Part shown: positions 22,431-36,800 of the stretch, one piece after another | Position numbering within the stretch: the stretch's first letter is position 1 | Layout: each line of letters begins with the position of its first letter | Translations under genes and position numbers: made by a program | Notes under the pieces: generated by a model | The model's database searches: none | Seen by the model: only the letters and a program-made list of their open reading frames with translations | Told to the model about the DNA's origin: nothing | Origin: Antedon mediterranea | Taxonomy: Eukaryota > Animalia > Echinodermata | Assembly (NCBI RefSeq): GCF_964355755.1 | Contig: NC_092677.1 | Span: forward strand, 28,383,175 to 28,447,174 | DNA length: 64,000 nt | Direction: 5' to 3'

Positions 22431-24080
22431 TTAATTATCCATGTCTTTTGACGACTCTCTGAATTCCATAACTGCTTTAAATATTATTTGTTTTTTCCAT
22501 GCTTTTACGATAAAATAGATCTCGTCAACATAAACAGCACATGCAGTGAATCCAAACACCTGAAGAAAAACAAGAAAGCCAATTAGCTCATTAAAGGCCA
22601 GGTGCGGGCAAAAAATTTCTATTGATCATACATTCCAATAATTATCGATCTATAGTTTCCCCTATGTTTCATAATTTTTTGGATTTTATTTGTGTTACAC
22701 GAGCTTGTTGAAAATAAGCCCTTTCTTATCAGTGGGGGGATAGTTCAAATTACACAGTAAAATCTCTATTCTTTTGTACACAAATTTTGTAAATAGAGAG
22801 GCATTTTAAAAAGCTATTAAAAATAAATGGTGTGGTAAAAAATGTTATCAGATGACTAAATATAGGTAATATAACTTGAATATTACATTTCTGATATTTT
22901 TATTCAACTTCAGATTTTTTATTTTCATGATATAGCAAAAATTATCCACCATATCCACCATCTTTTTTCACCGTCTAGGGAGTCACCAGACATGTTATTA
23001 CATTAGGTTAACTACCTAACTACTGAAAAAAAGTCTTCCTGGTTTTTATAGAAGAATTTTGCCAAATTTTGTATTTGACCATATTAAGGAAAATTCATGT
23101 TTTTTCGTCTCGATTTCTGTTACAAATATTTGATTTATGTACAATTAACCAAATATTATATTTAAAATTCATGCCTGTACTTGAGCTTTAAAACACTATG
23201 ATTGTTCGTGCTGCAGCGGCTTGTGGCAGCTATTAATTTGTGTTAAAATATACGTACGGTGCCAGCTACTAATGCTCCAACATTGTTTGTGTTCGCAGCA
23301 ACATGCGATGTAGTTGATAGAAGGCTCACTGCAGCTATTACATTGAAGAACAATTCCTGTAAAAAGTCGTATATAACGGAAGCTGTTAATTTAGTGTCTT
23401 TCTGAGAAATCAGTTAGATCGACATCTTTTTATGGTTACATTTTAATTTATTTAATTATTAAATTAAATGCAAGTATTTTTTATAAATTGTTATCTTGTT
23501 CATTTATAATATAATTTTCTTATTTAAAAACAAAGAAAACAAAAGTAATGTTCATTTCTGCTATTCTTACCATTAAACTCCATGGAATGTCAAATCTTTT
23601 AACAAACATAGTTAAGTAAGCTATGACTAAAAATAAACTCAGGATACAGCATATCATGGCAGTTGTTATAAAATGCACATACGCCGATGATTCTGGATCT
23701 GTGTCTGTTGCTAGGATCACGCACATAAACCCAATGAAACAGCATAGCTATAACGAACACAGTACAGTTTTTACTATACACGAAATGAAAAAAATTAAAC
23801 AGGGACAAAAAACAATATATAATTCAGACTCGATCCACATGGTAAGTTTGGTGCCTAATTGTTTCTAAAGTCAACGTGGTGTCACCCGACGCGGATACTT
23901 TTAATAGTAATGTATGAATTACTTTCTGTTTAATGTTATAACGTTAGTGTACAAAAACAAATACCGTACTGATTCTGTTGCTTTCAAAACTCCTGAAGCA
24001 GACGTTAGATACTTGGGTCCTACAGGTGGGTACTGTTCGGCCACTTCGCTGATGTTTACGAGTATTCTTTCTTGATCCAT
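22431..24080 (-). CDS. MARVEL-domain (CMTM/plasmolipin-like) 4-TM protein, 4 exons
   Basis: Exons 24080-23970, 23747-23571, 23356-23258, 22559-22431, all phase 0. YLTSASGVLKATESLCCFIGFMCV...IPWSLMELFFN...AGTVFGFTACAVY fits the MARVEL pattern. Confidence 0.82.
22591..23191. mobile_element. TTAA-flanked non-autonomous DNA element (Kolobok-like)
   Basis: ttaa|aggccaggtgcgggcaaaaaattt ... aaattcatgcctgtacttgagct|ttaa: imperfect TIRs with RR...YY ends. Confidence 0.55.
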
Positions 24081-24569
24081 TTTAGTCTAATTTTCTTAAC
24101 AAAACGAAGGTGGTGTGATTTGTTGTTTAGTTGACCAGATTGAAAGTCCAAAGTCCGACTGTGAGGCTCTTCAGTGACGATGTAGATTTTCAATGTGATT
24201 ATTTTTTCATTAGTATCATTTCGAAACGAGTGACATGTTTAATCTATATGGCCCCACTACCTATATGGATTTAAGTGCGAAACTATTGTTGACCAACAGA
24301 ATATATAAGTGATATCTACAATACAAGTTGATGACGTCGGCTGCACTCTCCCATAGGATTAATAATTATACAAAAAGGGTTGTTTATAGGCTCTAGCTCT
24401 TCGTAGCCTAAAAGTCGTTAGATTATTCATGTTGATAATTGAGAAAATGATATGATGACGATGTACAGTATGATGATAATGATGATGTATATTGATGATG
24501 TATATTGATGATGTATGGTGATGATGTATGATCTGTCAGTAGTAGTGGTATAAAGTAATACATTATTTA

Positions 24570-24800
24570 CACCTTTGGCGCCTCATAATTGTTTTGCGGC
24601 GATCCTCTCGCCGTCGGCGGCAGCGCGGAGAGCGAGGCGACTCTAGAGTGTGGGCCGCCGCGGCCGGCAGTGAAAATTCGGAGATCAGCAGAGCGTGACG
24701 TGTAGAGTGGAAGCAGCAAAGATTGTACGCGGCGCTATATAATCTTTGGTCCGGTAGCAGAGTGGTGTTTTCCTCGGCGGCCAGCAGCTGTGTGATGTGG
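24570..24800. promoter_or_regulatory. GC/CpG-rich divergent promoter between the MARVEL gene and SLC9A8
   Basis: Local CpG-rich island between head-to-head start codons at 24080 (-) and 24897 (+). Confidence 0.55.
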
Positions 24801-24896
24801 TGTTGAAAATTGAAATTTCGTTTCTATGAATATGATTTACTGTACAGCATGAAAGTACAAAATATCGTTGTTGTGTAATTAATACTAAAGTGCGTG

Positions 24897-27800
24897 ATGG
24901 GGTTGTTATCATCAGTTTGGTATATCTGTCTGGGTTTAATAATTGTAAGCATTCTAAGCCCGATGACCGTGTATCGTCGGTCTCACATTGACAGTGCAGT
25001 TGCAGCATCTGATTTGCCTGTTGTGACTGCTAGGCCTAGGCCTAGTAGTGATGTAACGCAGTCAAGCAATACCGATTCTGGTGATTTGGTAACCACAAAT
25101 AAAACTTTCCACAATCATAGGTAAGGTACAGAATTCCTAACTGGAAATAGCATATAGGCCTAGTAGGTAGATGTCCTGAAATCGAGGTTTTAGTTTTTGT
25201 GTTTGTTTACTTTGTATTGAATTGTATTGTACTTTAATTAAGTTTAAGTATTCAATAAGTAAGTAGTTTATTATATTAGTTAGTAATATAATATAGGCCT
25301 AGTGAAATATAGTCCATAATATAGACCTAGGCCTAGTAAGTATTTAGTTTTGTTTCAAATTGTTTTATTTTTTAATATTTTATGGTGGTGGGTATACAAT
25401 ATAATAAACAATTGTTTAACTAGATTTCGATCCAAGTCGGCCCTAAACCGTCTCGGCCAAAGTCAAGTCGGCCCCAAGTCAAGTCGGCCTCAAGTCAACT
25501 CGGCCTCAAGTCAACTCGGCCTCACGTCAACTCGGCCAAAAAAATAATCGGTCAACTCGGCCCCGTTAAAGTATGGAACGCAAAAAGTGCAAATGAAGGC
25601 GATTGATAAATAATATTTCTTCACAATTTTTTAACTATGAATAATTCTGACTTTTAATGAATATTATTATTTAGACAATAATATATTTAGCAAAAAAAAT
25701 AGGAATGATTTCACCAACTTTCCTTTATTTACGTTTAATAAAATTTCAAATTGCACAATTGAAAACAATTCGTAGCGGAGCCTCCCCGCGCGTTTGGCAG
25801 CTTTTTCGATATCTACAACTGCTACGTGTTTTCGCTGACCGGGGGATTCCCCTTTTTTTTAAAACGCAAATCATGGACAAAAACGATGTACGATCATTTT
25901 TTCTGTGACCAAATGGTGGAACGTAGGCCTCCATTCGATTTACTAGAATGCGGTACCTGCACGTATTTTTGTAACACGCGGGTACTTCTATTCAGATCGG
26001 CAATGAGTTAATTTTTTTATATATTTAATTATATTATATTTTTTATTTCTTCATTTTTTTTAAAGCCTGGATGTAAGAATCATAATAATATTAAGCACTT
26101 TTTGCGTTCCATACTTTATTGTGGCCGAGTTGACCGATTATTTTTTGGCCGAGTTATGTGAGGCCGAGTTGACTTGGGGCCGAGTTGACGTGGGGCCGAC
26201 TTGACTTTGGCCGAGACGGTTTGGGGCCGAATTGACCTGCACCCGTTTAACTAATGTGATTTTAAACGTTGCGTATGTATTTTTATATGCTTTTCATTAT
26301 AATATTTAGCACTGAAACAATTATAAATCCATTGTTAAAAAAAAGTAAATCACCGACAACAGAAACTCCTGAGCGTGATAATCTCCTTCCGGCAGAAGGA
26401 TCAGCCGATGAAGAAACATCTTCTAGTATGACAATATTCTTCATTCTTATTGTGGTTGGTAAGTGCAACAGCAGCTCATTGGTTTTAAACCTGTCATCAT
26501 TGATTGTGTATTGTACATCATAAACCAACACTTTATAATTTTATAATAATTTTTTTACAGGTATATCAATATTTTGTGTACATTCTTTAATAAAGTACCA
26601 ATTTCATTATTTACCTGAGAGTGTTGCTGTGATTTTACTAGGAGCAGTTATTGGCCTATTGCTTATGATTCTCAACAATAGGAATCTGACAGATTGGACA
26701 GTAAGTTTAATCAGACACACATTTCAATGAGCATGGTAACAGCTTTTACCACTAGTGGTATCTTTCAATGAGCATGGTAACAGCTTTTACTACTAGTGGT
26801 ATCTTTCAATGAGCATGGTAACAGCTTTTACCACTAGTGGTATCTTTCAATGAGCATGGTAACAGCTTTTACTACTAGTGGTATCTTTCAATGAGCATGG
26901 TAACAGCTTTTACTACTAGTGGTATCTTTCAATGAGCATGGTAACAGCTTTTACCACTAGTGGTATCTTTCAATGAGCATGGTAACAGCTTTTACCACTA
27001 GTGGTATCTTTCAATGAGCATGGTAACAGCTTTTACTACTAGTGGTATCTTTCAATGAGCATGGTAACAGCTTTTACTACTAGTGGTATCTTTCAATGAG
27101 CATGGTAACAGCTTTTACTACTGGTATCTTTCAATGAGCTACTACTAGTGGTATCTTTCAATGAGCATGGTAACAGCTTTTACCACTAGTGGTATCTTTC
27201 AATGAGCATGGTAACAGCTTTTACCACTAGTGGTATCTTTCAATGAGCATGGTAACCGCTTTTACCACTAGTGGTATCTTTCAATGAGCATGGTAACCGC
27301 TTTTACCACTAGTGGTATTTTTCAATGAGCATGGTAACAGCTTTTACCACTAGTGGTATCTTTCAATGTACATTGTATGTTATTGTTCTTCCTATGCGAC
27401 ATGTGCACAGCACGTTAATTAATGTCTTAATTCATTATGTGATTCCAAATTCGTAAACAGAGGAATTTTAGTATAATTATTATTTAATGCTGCATGGTAG
27501 AAATCAATTTTGATTATTCATTTTAACAGAAAAAACTTGAATCTATTAATTGGGAACATAAAATTCAGTGAACCTAATGAAAAAAAGTCACGGTTTAAAA
27601 AAATATATGTGTATAGATTATTTACCAACGCGTGTTTTATTTTGACAGAAAGAAGAAACTTTGGATCCAACTACTTTCTTTTTGGTTGTTTTACCACCAA
27701 TTATATTTGAATCTGGATATTCATTACATAAGGTAAATGGTGATTATTCTGAAAAACTAATTTCCAAGCACAGAAAACAAAGTATCATTATTTATAATTG

Positions 27801-30800
27801 TCTCCTGTCAAACCTAGAGATAGAAATTGAAACTCTAACCCTAATCTTTTTTAAATTTTGTGCTTTGAAAGACATTTTCTCAAAATGTGGTTGATAATAA
27901 CAAGTAACTTTCAATATGATGGATAGTGACAATAAGTCTTATCATTTCATGTACAAAAAATTATCCCTGAGATACTTCATGATATTTTTCAGGGTAATTT
28001 CTTTCAAAACCTTGGATCAATCTTGGTATTTGCTGTTTTTGGAACATTCATTTCAGCAATGGTAATAGGTGGAGGAGTCTATCTTCTTGGACAGGTAAGT
28101 CAGTAGATTATATACATTGTTTACGAATAATCTCTTATACCAGTGTTATTGACAGTATTGTTAAACTACAATATTATTGAGGATAAAACAAACAAAAACA
28201 TAATTTTATCAATAGGTTTGGATGTCACCTTATAATAAACTTTGTAATGGCAGGTTTTTATTTGTATTAGTAGTTTCTTGTAATTTTACCCATTGTTTAA
28301 CTGGCTTTGATGTTACTGTACAAAATAAATATTGTATTTTAACTAATTAATCATAGTGTACTTGTTCATGAACCGTTTTACTGGGACTGAATTAAAGAAT
28401 TAAATGTTTATAATAATTAATATAAAAATTTTGAGCAATAATATTTATTATTTAGGCTGGTGTTGCATATGAACTGAGTATGGTAGAAAGTCTTGCCTTT
28501 GGTTCCACCCAGTAGCTATCATTAGCTATATTCTCAGCACTTGATGCTGCTGAACCACTTCTTAATATTTATTATTTAGGCTGGTGTTGCATATGAACTG
28601 AGTATGGTAGAAAGTCTTGCCTTTGGTTCGTTAATATCAGCTGTAGACCCAGTAGCTATCATTAGCTATATTCTCAGCACTTAAAGCTGAACCACTTCTT
28701 ACGCCCGTATTCTTAAACCGGACTTTAGTCGTAGTTCGAGCTAAAACTAAAAAAATGACGTCATTTTAATTCATAAACCGAACTTCAACTAAATCGCCGA
28801 CTAATTCAGGCCAACCTCGACTAAATCGAGACGGATTTTGATCGATTTTTTTAGTCCTGGAGGGGGCAGGCTAAATGGTCGACTAAATGGTTTTTAAACG
28901 ATGTTTATGAAAAACGTAACAGTCATTGAGTTGTTATATTGGCCAGATATTGAAGAATGAAATATCTATTTTTATATTAGCTTAATTAAATATACATTGG
29001 TATATGTTATAATAATGAAAATCATCTTTATTTACAACTGTATACAAATTACATAATTTTCTTCGCGCAAGTCCGACTTCAACTACGTCACGCCATAGCG
29101 ACAATGGCAGATGCGGAAATTCACCACGCGATGGAATGTTTAGGGGGCCTAGCGCTTTCTTGTCACGCTATGAAGTGCGTGGTTCGTCGCGATCATACTT
29201 TGTTGGGGGCCTAGAAAATATAAAAGTTACCGTACCGCCATGGTTCCTAAATATATTTTGAAGATTTTGTTTGTTGTTAATCAAAATACTTCACTGTTAA
29301 ATTAATACTGATCTTGTTCTAATAATTAACGATTAAAATTATTTTTCATGTATAGTCCTGATGCGTAAAAAGTGTTGTAAGAAAATGGAAAGTGATATCA
29401 ATGCGCAAAATTTCGTCTGCTCCTCAAATACTCTCTTGTCATTGGCCAATGTATAGCCTTTTTAACCCAGACGTGTGCAACTCGACTAAAAGCTCGACTT
29501 CATTAAGTTGAACTGCAAACTTTGACTACTTCGTTTTTGAATCGAATTTGAAGTAATAGCTCAAACTACGACTTTTTCAAGTCGAACTTCGAACTACGAC
29601 TAAAGTCCGGTTTAAGAATACGGGCGTTAATATTTATTATTTAGGCTGGTGTTGCATATGAACTGAGTATGGTAGAAAGTCTTGCCTTTGGTTCGTTAAT
29701 ATCAGCTGTAGACCCAGTAGCTACATTAGCTATATTCTCAGCACTTGATGCTGAACCACTTCTTAATATGATGGTATTTGGAGAAAGTATTCTGAATGAT
29801 GCTGTATCCATTGTTATGAGCAAGTAAGTTGTTTCAATTGTTGTTTGTTGTTTACGTATAAAATAATGAAGTCTATAATTCCTATTTTCCAAGAGAGTTT
29901 CCCTGTAAACTGATGTTAGTTTTACTATTTAGTACTGTAATGATGCTAAATTCTCCAGAGATGGCTGATATAAGCTCCACACATGCTTTCTTCTCCGGTG
30001 TCATGTACTTTTTCTTCATGTTTATCACGTCTGCTTTTATTGGCATTGGTTTTGCTCTACTCAGTGCTCTTATATCCTTTACTGTATGTCATTCATAGTA
30101 GGCAATAATTCATGATTAGTAATAGGTTATACTGTTATCATAATTAGTTATCCGCTTGGTTACCAAGCGGATAACTCCTTGTTATTGTATGAGATCAACA
30201 TTTTTTTTCTGTATTATTAGTTATCCGCTTAGTAGCGGATAACTCCTTGTAATCGTCCTGTTTCATCATATTTTTTTTTTTTTTTTTTTTCTGTATTATA
30301 CTTCTTTCCTTCTGTCATTTTTGTGCGTCGCGTTTCTCTGAAACGTGTAAACAGAACAAATCGTAACTTTGTCAACATATCGACATTTACGTGAACTTGT
30401 GCACCTCCTATTTTTTAATGACGTCAGAGTTGCGCAACGTGACTTACGCGCGATTTTATGAATTTCAATGATTGATCATAGACTAAAAACCAAACATAAC
30501 TTTGTTTTGACACTTTGTGAAAATTTAAGTTACATCAAGCGCAAACTTTCTATGGATTAAAAATAGCATCTTTCACAAGAAGTTACGCGCGCACGCGCGT
30601 TTAAAATTTTAGAGTGCGAAAAATCAACTTCTAATCAACTTTCTATGCGTTTCATGTCATTTTGAGCATGTCAAAAATTCCCACGCGCGCGAAACTTTTT
30701 ACGCACGCGGTGCACACGTAGCGTTAAAAACATATTTTTTTCGCGTGATTTATGTTTTTTCAGCCTTTTATAGTAATGTTACCAACTTTTAAACAATTTC

Positions 30801-33800
30801 GACTTAAAATTACGTCATACGAGCACGTCGAATTAAATAATTTGCACGCGTTTCTGGTGAAAAAGTTCAAAAATTCGTCAAAATTATGCCTATTTTTAAA
30901 CAGTCATAGATTCTAAACTACATGGAGAACTTTTTTTTAATTACATATTCTGGAAGTGGATGAGTTGTAGATATCGAATCATGCATTAATATGGCTAACC
31001 GGACATTGTAACGTCATCGTATGGCCACGCAAATATAAAATATAGGATTTTTGTCTCTTTCGTCATAGTTCATCACATTTAATAGAGCGCATCTCCACTT
31101 ATTCGTTGTCCATTTTCACCCCGATTTTAATATATTCTAGGTCAATCAACTATCTTTTGCATGAATTAAAAATTTTTTAATTTTTTCAACGTCATCATGC
31201 CTAAAAATTTAAATTACGTTGGTCATTAATTTCATCTTTACAGTAAATTTTAATCTGTTATAGCTCGTAAGAATAAAATGTGATAATCACGATTAAAACG
31301 TTTTCAGGAAGCTATTGTATTGTAGATACAAAATCATGTGAAAATTGCTCCAATCGAATGTTGTGACGTCATCATATGGCCAGTTAAATACAAAAAGTCG
31401 TATTTTCATCTTTCGCGTTATATTTCATTACATTTAAAAGAGCGCGCATCAATATTTCACGTATTCAAATTTCTTCTACACGTTAATATGTTGTTGCTGA
31501 GATAATTTCATTCTGAAATTTCTACTTTTGCATTTCATTTTGAAACCGTCAAGATGTTAAAAATTACAATAAAATACGGGTCCCGTAATTTCACCTATTT
31601 TACACTGTTTGTGATATGTATACAGATTGTACTGTGTATACTATGTATATGACACAAAATAACAGAATTCAGAAATAACAACATATCATATTCTTCAGTT
31701 CAGGTCATAATGCCTTAATATTTTTCTGTGTGCAATATTCTAACGTATGACGTGCACATGGCGTTTGTCGAGCGGATAACTAACTCGTCATAGTAACGAG
31801 TTTCATGTCTAGTTAGTTATCCGCTTAGTAGCGGATAACTCCTTGTAATCGTCCTGTTTCATCATATTTTTTTTTTTTTTCTGTATTATACTTATTAGTT
31901 ATCCGCTTAGTAGCGGATAACTCCTTGTAATCGTCCTGTTTCATCATCTTTTTTTTTTTTTTTTTCTGTATTATACTTCTTTCCTTCTGTCATTTTTGTG
32001 CGTCGCGTTTCTCTAAAACGTGTAAACAGAATATATCGTAACTTTGTCAACATATCGACATTTACGTGAACTTGTGCACCTCCTATTTTTGAATGACGTC
32101 AGAGTTGCGCAACGTGACTTACGCGCGATTTTATGAATTTCAATGATTGATCATAGACTAAAAACGAAACATAATTTTGTTTTGACACTTTGTGAAAATT
32201 TAAGTCACATCAAGCGCAAACTTCCTATGGATTAAAAATAGCATGTTTCACAAAAAGTTACGCGCGCACGCGCGTTTAGAATTTTAGAGTGCGAAAAATC
32301 AACTTCTAATCAACTTTCTATACGTTTCATGTCATTTTGAGCATGTCAAAAATTCCCACGCGCGCGAAAGTTTTTACGCACGCGGTGCACACTTAGAGTT
32401 AAAAACATATTTTTTTCGCGTGATTCATGTTTTTTCAGCCTTTTCTAGTAATGTTACCAAATTTTAAACAATTTCGACTTAAAATTACGTCATACGAGCA
32501 CGTCGAATTAAATAATTTGCACGCGTTTTTGGTGAAGAAGTTCAAAAATTTGTCAAAATTATGCCTATTTTTAAACATTCATAGATTCCAAACTACATGG
32601 AGAACTTTTTTTTAATTAAATATTCTGGAAGATGATGAGTTGTAGATATCGGATCATACATTAATATGGCTAACCGGACATTGTGACGTCATCGTATGGC
32701 CACGCGAATATAAAATATAGGATTTTTGTCTCTTTCGTCATAGCTCATCACATTTAATAGAGCGCATCTCCACTTATTCGTTGTCCATTTTCACCCCGAT
32801 TTTAATATATTCTAGGTCAATCAACTATCTTTTGCATGAATTAAAAAATTTTTAATTTTTTTAACGTCATCATGCCTAAAAATTTAAATTACGTTGGTCA
32901 TTAATTTCATCTTTACAGTAAATTTTAATCTGTTATACCTCGTAAGAATAAAATGTGATAATCACGATTAAAACGTTTTCAGGAAGCTATTGTATTGTAG
33001 ATACAAAATCATGTGTAAATTGTGCCAATCGAATGTGGTGACGTCATCATATGGCCAGTTAAATAAAAAAAGTCGTATTTTCATCTTTTGCATTATATTT
33101 CATTACATTTAAAAGAGCGCGCATCAATATTTCACGTATTCAAATTTCTTCTACACGTTAATATGTTGTTGCTGAGATAATTTCATTCAGAAATTTCTAC
33201 TTTTGCATTTATTTTGAAACCGTCAAGATGTTAAAAATTACAATAAAAGACGGGTCCCGTAATTTTACCTATTTTACACTGTTTGTGATATGTATACAGA
33301 TTGTACTGTGTATACTATATGACACAAAATAACAGAATTCAGAAATAACAACATATCATATTCTTCAGTTCAGGTCATAATGCCTTAATATTTTTCTGTG
33401 TGCAATATTCTAACGTATGACGTGCACGTGGCGTTTGTCGAGCGGATAACTAACTCGTCAAAGTGACGAGTTTCATGTCTAGTTTCCTTCCGTCATTTTT
33501 GTGCGTCGCGTTTCTCTAAAACGTGTAAACAGAACATATCGTAACTTTGTCAACATATCGACATTTACGTGAACTTGTGCACCTCCTATTTTTGAATGAC
33601 GTCAGAGTTGCGCAACGTGACTTACGCGCGATTTTATGAATTTCAATGATTGATCATAGACTGAAAACCAAACATAATTTTGTTTTGACACTTTGTGAAA
33701 ATTTAAGTCACATCAAGCGCAAACTTTCTATGGATTAAAAATAGCATCTTTCACAAAAAGTTACGCGCGCACGCGCGTTTAAAATTTTAGAGTGCGAAAA

Positions 33801-36800
33801 ATCAACTTCTAATCAACTTTCTATGCGTTTCATGTCATTTTGAGCATGTCAAAAATTCCCACGCGCGCGAAACTTTTTACGCACGCGGTGCACACGTAGC
33901 GTTAAAAACATGCTTTTTTCGCGTGATTTATGTTTTTTCAGCCTTTTATAGTAATGTTACCAACTTTTAAACAATTTCGACTTAAAATTACGTCATACGA
34001 GCACGTCGAATTAAATAATTTGCACGCGTTTCTGATGAAAAAGTTTAAAAATTCGTCAAAATTATGCCTATTTTTAAACAGTCATAGATTCTAAACTACA
34101 TGGAGAACTTTTTTTTAATTACATATTCTGGAAGTTGATGAGTTGTAGATATCGAATCATGCATTAATATGGCTAACCGGACATTGTGACGTCATCGTAT
34201 GGCCACGCGAATATAAAATATAGGATTTTTGTCTCTTTCGTCATAGCTCATCACATTTAATAGAGCGCATCTCCACTTATTCGTAGTCGATTTTCATCCC
34301 GATTTTAATATATTCTAGGTCAATCAACTATCTTTTGCATGAATTAAAAAATTTTTAATTTTTTTAACGTCATCATGCCTAAAAATTTAAATTACGTTGG
34401 TCATTAATTTCATCTTTACAGTAAATTTTAATCTGTTATAGCTCGTAAGAATAAAATGTGATAATCACGATTAAAACGTTTTCAGGAAGCTATTGTATTG
34501 TAGATACAAAATCATGTGAAAATTGTGCCAATCGAATGTTGTGACGTCATCATATGGCCAGTTAAATACAAAAAGTCGTATTTTCATCTTTCGCGTTATA
34601 TTTCATTACATTTAAAAGAACGCGCATCAATATTTCACGTATTCAAATTTCTACTACACGTTAATATGTTGTTGCTGAGATAATTTCATTCTGAAATTTC
34701 TACTTTTGCATTTCATTTTGAAACCGTCAAGATGTTAAAAATTACAATAAAATACGGGTCCCGTAATTTCACCTATTTTACACTGTTTGTGATATGTATA
34801 CAGATTGTACCGTGTATACTATGTATATGACACAAAATAACAGAATTCAGAAATAACAACATATCATATTCTTCAGTTCAGGTCATAATGCCTTAATATT
34901 GTTCTGTGTGCAATATTCTAACGTATGACGTGCACGTGGCGTTTGTCGAGCGGATAACTAACTCGTCAAAGTGACGAGTTTCATGTCTAGTTCTTCTTTC
35001 CTTCCTTCCTTTTTGTGAGTCGCGTTTCTCTAAAATGTGTAAACATAACATTTCATAACTTTGACAACATATGGGCATTTACGTGAAGTTGTGCACCTCC
35101 TATTTTTGAATGACGTCATAGTTGCGCAACGTGACTTACGCGCAATTTTATGAATTTCAATGATTGATCATAGATTAAAAACCAAAAGTCATTTAGTATT
35201 GACACTTTGACAAAATTTAAGTCATATCAGGGGCAAACTTTCTACGGATTAAAAATGGCATGTTTCACAAGAAGTTACGCGCGCACGCGCATTTAAAATT
35301 TCAAAATGCGCAAAATTAATTTCTAATCAACTTTTTACGCGTTTCATGTCATTTTGAGCATGTCAAAAATTCCCACGGGCGCGCAATTTTTTACGCACGC
35401 GGTGCGCACGTAGCGATAAAAACATATTTTTTTCTCTTGAATTATATTTTTCAAGCCTTTCCTAGTAATTTTGAAAACAATTTAGACCTTTTCCAGTTTA
35501 AATAACGCCATACGAACACGTTGAATTAGACAATTTGTGCGCGTTTTTTATGAAAAAGCTTAAAAAATCATCAAAATAATGTCTTTTTTTAAACAGTCAT
35601 AGTTTCTAAAGTAAACCGTGAACCGTTTATTTTTATTACAAAATCTAGAAGTTGATGAGTTGCAGATATCGGATCATGCATCGATAAGGCTAAAAAAACA
35701 TTGTGACGTAATCGTATGGCCACACGAATGTAAAATATAGGATTTTTGTCTGTTTCGTTATTGCTCATCACATTCAATGGAGCGCATCACGCTTATCTGT
35801 ATTCCTTTTTCTCCTATATTTATATATTGTCTAGGTCAATCAACTTTCTTTAGCATGAGATAAAAATATTTAAATTTTTATAACGTCATCATGCCTAAAA
35901 ATTTTAATTACTTGGGTCATTAATTTCATCTTTACAGTAAATTTTAATCTGTATTGGCTCGTAAGAATAAAATGTGATAATCACGATTAAAACGTTTTCT
36001 GGAAGCTATAGGATTGTAGATACGAATTCATGTAAACATTTTGCCAATCGGATGTTGTGACGTCATCATATTGCCAGTTGAATAAAAAAAGTCATATTTT
36101 CATATTTTGCGTAATAGTTCATCACATTTAAATGTGCGCGCACCAACATTTTACGTATTCAAATTTCTTCTACACGTTAATATGTTGTTGCTAAGATAAT
36201 TTTCTTCAGAAATTGCTATCGTTGTGTTGTTTTTTTTATGACGTCATCATGTTAAATATTTGAATTAAAGGCAGGTCCCATAATTCAGTTAATATGTCAT
36301 ATAATATACAGTAGTACAATGTACACCAGCATAGTCTCTGATGTGAGCAAATTGTTGTTTGCCGCCCTCTGTATCATGTAGAATTAATGTCTCCTTTTAT
36401 ACACAGTGTACTGTATAATTATAATACAAGGCGAAAATACAGGACCACCTCTTATTATAGTTTTTAACGTATGACGTGCACGTGGCATCTGTCGTGCGGA
36501 TAACTAACTCGTCAAAGTGACGAGTTTCATGTCTAGTTATTAATTGTTATGTGCTTGTTAAGCCTTTATATTTAGCCTCCCTTTTTTCTGTTCTATTATA
36601 ATTCTATTATAGAAAAGTGTCTTTTGTGAGAATAATGAATTGCCAATAGGCTTGTTACTAATAATAGTCTAGTATAATAATTGTTAAACACTCTCACTTT
36701 GACTCTCACTCAGGAGAGACTGCAGAGAAAGAACCAGGAGATAGACAATAAATACCAGATCACTTATGATTGTCTAATGTTATTATTAATACTAATAGTC

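Noticed and set aside
32427-35777. Short ORFs inside the Helentron-like copies
   Set aside because: Not conserved as ORFs between copies; no Rep or helicase motifs
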